From: Patescibacteria group bacterium
GTDB taxonomy: Bacteria; Patescibacteriota; Patescibacteriia; Patescibacteriales; UBA12465
Assembly: GCA_023229115.1 (NCBI GenBank)
Contig: JALNZW010000001.1
Coordinates: forward strand, 134,861 to 198,860
Direction: 5' to 3'
DNA length: 64,000 nt
The notes under the pieces are model-generated. The model worked only from the letters and a program-made list of their open reading frames with translations. It did no database searches and was not told the DNA's origin. Shown piece after piece: positions 61,781 to 64,000 of this stretch. Within the stretch, counting starts at the first letter, position 1. Every line of letters begins with the position of its first letter. The translations under genes were made by a program, and so were the position numbers.

Positions 61781-62431
61781 TTAAGCGCTAACTTTTATAC
61801 CTTTACCCATTGTTGAGTTTAAACTGATATTTCTAATGTAAACACCCTTTGAAGAAGATGGTTTGGCTTTTTTAATAGCATCTAATAAGGTGTTAAAGTT
61901 TTCTTCTAAATCTTTTTTATCAAAACTAACTTTTCCAATAATAGCATGAACATTGCCGGTGTCGTCATTTTTAAAGCTAATTTTACCTTTTTTTAATTCT
62001 TTAACAGCTTTAGCTGGGTTATTGGTAACAGTTTCATTTTTAGGGGAAGGCATTAAACCTCTTGTTCCTAAAATTTTAGCAATTTTAGCTAAATTTTTCA
62101 TCATATCTATTTCGGCAATAGCGATATCGAAATTAGTTTTTTCACTTTTTTTAATTTCTTCAATCAATTCATCACCACCAACTAAGTCAGCTCCAGCCTC
62201 CTTAACTTCTTTTTCTTTAGCAGAAGATACAAAAGCAGCTATTCTAACTGTTTTTCCTGTTCCATTTGGCAAGCTAACAGCTGATCTTACTTGTTGATCT
62301 CCTTTTTTGTTATCAATACCTAGGCGAAAATGAACCTCTACAGAAGCATCAAATTTAGCCTTGTGATTAGCTTTGCAAATCTCAATAGCCTCAGCAATTG
62401 AATAAGTTTTTTCTTTGTCAAAATTTTCCAT
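61781..62431 (-). CDS. rplA: 50S ribosomal protein L1
   Basis: YSIAEAIEICKAN..KFDASVEVHFRLGID..., GTGKTVRIAVF-like block. I prefer ATG 62431 (MENFDKEK) over GTG 62467. Confidence 0.93.
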   Translation of the reverse strand: MENFDKEKTYSIAEAIEICKANHKAKFDASVEVHFRLGIDNKKGDQQVRSAVSLPNGTGKTVRIAAFVSSAKEKEVKEAGADLVGGDELIEEIKKSEKTNFDIAIAEIDMMKNLAKIAKILGTRGLMPSPKNETVTNNPAKAVKELKKGKISFKNDDTGNVHAIIGKVSFDKKDLEENFNTLLDAIKKAKPSSSKGVYIRNISLNSTMGKGIKVSA

Positions 62432-62468
62432 AGTTTTTTGTGGTAATAGCGAATAAAATTCTCCCACA

Positions 62469-62921
62469 TTATTTATTAATTTTATTTTCGTAAAGTGAAT
62501 TTAAAATATTTATTGCTTCTATTATTTTTTCTAGTCTTTTAATTGTTTCTTGTGAATAATCAAAACCTCTTTTTCCGTTTATTGAGCTTTGAAGTACAAA
62601 ATCAATATTTTCAATTAAACAGTTTTTTATTTTGAATAAATTATCATCATGTTTTAAATCATTTTTTTTATTATTAAAATGATTTAATTCTTGATTTTCT
62701 GGATGCTCTTTAATTCTTTCTCTTAATAGGGCAATAATATCTTGTGATTTGTTTTTAATGAAACTTATACTAGAATTTAAATTTTCTCTTCTCTCTTTTT
62801 TATTTATTATAGAGAGTAGAAAATTGACTTCTTTCCTTAATTCAATAATCGTTTTTTGAAACAAAACCCTTTCTTTAAAATCTTTGTCGAAGTCACTTCT
62901 AGCTATTTTTTCATTATTCAT
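62469..62921 (-). CDS. Orphan helical protein inserted between rplK and rplA
   Basis: 150-aa ORF from ATG 62921 (MNNEKIARSDF...), 10 nt after the rplK stop and ending 37 nt before the rplA ATG. I recognise no family. The track start 62972 would overlap rplK. Confidence 0.55.
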   Translation of the reverse strand: MNNEKIARSDFDKDFKERVLFQKTIIELRKEVNFLLSIINKKERRENLNSSISFIKNKSQDIIALLRERIKEHPENQELNHFNNKKNDLKHDDNLFKIKNCLIENIDFVLQSSINGKRGFDYSQETIKRLEKIIEAINILNSLYENKINK

Positions 62922-62931
62922 AAAAATATCA

Positions 62932-63354
62932 CTATTTGATTTCAACCCCCATTTGTCTGGCTGTACCAGCAATAATTTTCATAGCAGCTTCTATGTCGTC
63001 AGTATTTAAATCTGACATTTTTAACTTAGCTATTTCTGCTAATTGTTCTTTATTAATAGAAGCTACCTTTTGACTTAATGGTTTGCCTGATCCTTTTTGA
63101 ATTTTGGCAATTTTTTTAATTAATTCAGATGCTGGAGGTGATTTCATTATAAAATCAAAAGTTCTGTCTTCATAAACACTGATTTCAACTGGGGTTATTT
63201 CTCCCATTCTATCTCTACTAGCATCATTAAATTTAGAACAAAAATCTTGGATATTTAAACCGTGCTGTCCTAAAGCTGGACCAACCGGAGGAGCAGGATT
63301 AGCTTGACCAGCTGGAATCTGTAATTTTATTTTGGTTAATAATTTTTTAGCCAT
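62932..63354 (-). CDS. rplK: 50S ribosomal protein L11
   Basis: [35 protein letters not shown] is the invariant L11 N-terminal domain. Confidence 0.96.
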   Translation of the reverse strand: MAKKLLTKIKLQIPAGQANPAPPVGPALGQHGLNIQDFCSKFNDASRDRMGEITPVEISVYEDRTFDFIMKSPPASELIKKIAKIQKGSGKPLSQKVASINKEQLAEIAKLKMSDLNTDDIEAAMKIIAGTARQMGVEIK

Positions 63355-63404
63355 ATTTTTAATTTATATGATTTGAGAAGCAAACTCTTAGGAGTTCCAA
63401 ATCT

Positions 63405-63950
63405 TTATATTTTTTTAATTTGTAAAAAGTCTAATTCAACTGGAGTTTCTCGACCAAACATGGAAACATTAACTTTTATTTTTCCTTTCGATTCATCAAT
63501 ATTAATAATTTTACCTTCAAAATTTTTAAATGGACCATCTGTAATTTTTACAGTTTCTCCTTCGATAACGTCAATTTTAAACTTTGGCTCTTCTACTCCC
63601 ATTCTTTTCATTAAGCCTTGAACTTCTTTTTCACTAATTGGAGTAGGAACCGTTCCGACACCAATAAAACCAGTAACATTTGGGGTATTTCTAACTATAT
63701 ACCAAGATTCATCAGTTACTATCATTTCAACTAGAACATAACCAGGGAATATTTTTTCTTCAATAACCTTTCTTTTGCCGTTTTTTATTTTTATTTTTTT
63801 TTCAGTTGGAACTAATACATTAAAAATTTTATCGCCAGCATCAAGTGTTTCTATTCTTTGTTTTAAATTGTGGGCGACATTTTCTTCGTAACCAGAATAG
63901 GTGTGAAGAACGTACCATCTTTTACCTTGGTCTAAATTTTGTTTAGCCAT
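63405..63950 (-). CDS. nusG: Transcription termination/antitermination factor NusG
   Basis: WYVLHTYSGYEENV NGN start and KOW motif GETVKITDGPFKNFEGKI. Confidence 0.95.
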   Translation of the reverse strand: MAKQNLDQGKRWYVLHTYSGYEENVAHNLKQRIETLDAGDKIFNVLVPTEKKIKIKNGKRKVIEEKIFPGYVLVEMIVTDESWYIVRNTPNVTGFIGVGTVPTPISEKEVQGLMKRMGVEEPKFKIDVIEGETVKITDGPFKNFEGKIINIDESKGKIKVNVSMFGRETPVELDFLQIKKI

Positions 63951-63955
63951 ATTTG

Positions 63956-64000
63956 TTATTTAATTAAAAATTCTAAACCTAAATTAAAAATGAAATCGAG
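63956..64000 (-). CDS. secE: Probable secE C-terminal fragment (gene continues beyond the window)
   Basis: The minus strand reads ...LDFIFNLGLEFLIK* ending 5 nt before the nusG ATG. The call rests on the conserved secE-nusG-rplK-rplA order, and only 14 codons are visible. Confidence 0.4.
   Translation of the reverse strand, partial: LDFIFNLGLEFLIK

Noticed and set aside
63355-63404. The short nusG-rplK intergenic region, with a small hairpin (AACTC-CTAA-GAGTT on the minus strand), considered as an L1-binding L11-operon leader.
   Set aside because: I cannot match it confidently to the 23S L1-stalk mimic from memory. A 5-bp stem alone is not evidence.
1-64000. Alternative genetic code (UGA=Gly as in Gracilibacteria/Absconditabacteria) or genome-wide TAG reassignment.
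   Set aside because: Conserved genes end at their expected lengths on TGA (cysS, the S8 peptidase, the GT2 gene), TAG (uppP, cca, the RRM gene, rplK) and TAA. No conserved gene needs an in-frame stop to be read through, except the single DUF5652-like case.
1-64000. Searched for tRNA, rRNA, tmRNA, CRISPR arrays, transposases, integrases and phage genes.
   Set aside because: No intergenic gap shows cloverleaf-type pairings or GTTC..A-type T-loop contexts. I saw no regularly spaced direct repeats and no DDE, tyrosine or serine recombinase motifs. This was a by-eye scan only, so small ncRNAs could be missed.

Overview
By eye this is a very AT-rich (roughly 30% GC), gene-dense bacterial chromosome segment. 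It holds about 70 protein genes, mostly on the + strand, with many 1-20 nt gaps or overlaps. The content looks like a Candidate Phyla Radiation / Patescibacteria genome. It carries a reduced housekeeping set: rpsI end, tgt, cysS, dus, rpsB-tsf, gap, cca, a minimal NifS/IscU pair, rodA/ftsW, rplY, thrS, rlmN, rplJ-rplL, rpmA, uppP and secE-nusG-rplK-rplA. It also has a fermentative gap / NuoF-like / [FeFe]-hydrogenase / TM1266-like operon and two cell-surface glycan loci (4033-10003 and 44865-55308). These loci contain GT2/GT4 transferases, two DUF4012 paralogs, an O-antigen-ligase-like protein, a Wzz-like protein, FG-GAP proteins and many orphan membrane or secreted proteins. Standard code 11 fits: TAA, TGA and TAG all terminate conserved genes. 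I found no rRNA, tRNA, CRISPR array, transposase or integrase. Almost no gene has a Shine-Dalgarno sequence. The items most worth follow-up are listed here.
1. A compositionally foreign, self-contained cassette (55313-56386) encodes an outer-membrane-beta-barrel-like protein. It has its own consensus promoter, the only clear SD in the window, a 17-bp perfect inverted repeat in its leader and 11-nt inverted matches bracketing the CDS.
2. A membrane-anchored TraD/VirD4/HerA-type ATPase (57616-60135) has an N-terminal module that recurs as a stand-alone paralog 55 kb away (2518-4032). Both copies are tightly linked to envelope-glycan or lipid-carrier genes.
3. A compact T-box-like leader upstream of a TGS-less thrS has a candidate ACC specifier in a terminal loop.
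4. A DUF5652-like gene is interrupted by an in-frame TAG, and an unannotated HiPIP-like mini-ORF sits beside the hydrogenase operon.
5. An orphan ORF is inserted between rplK and rplA.
All family assignments come from motif recognition by eye and need HMM or structure confirmation.
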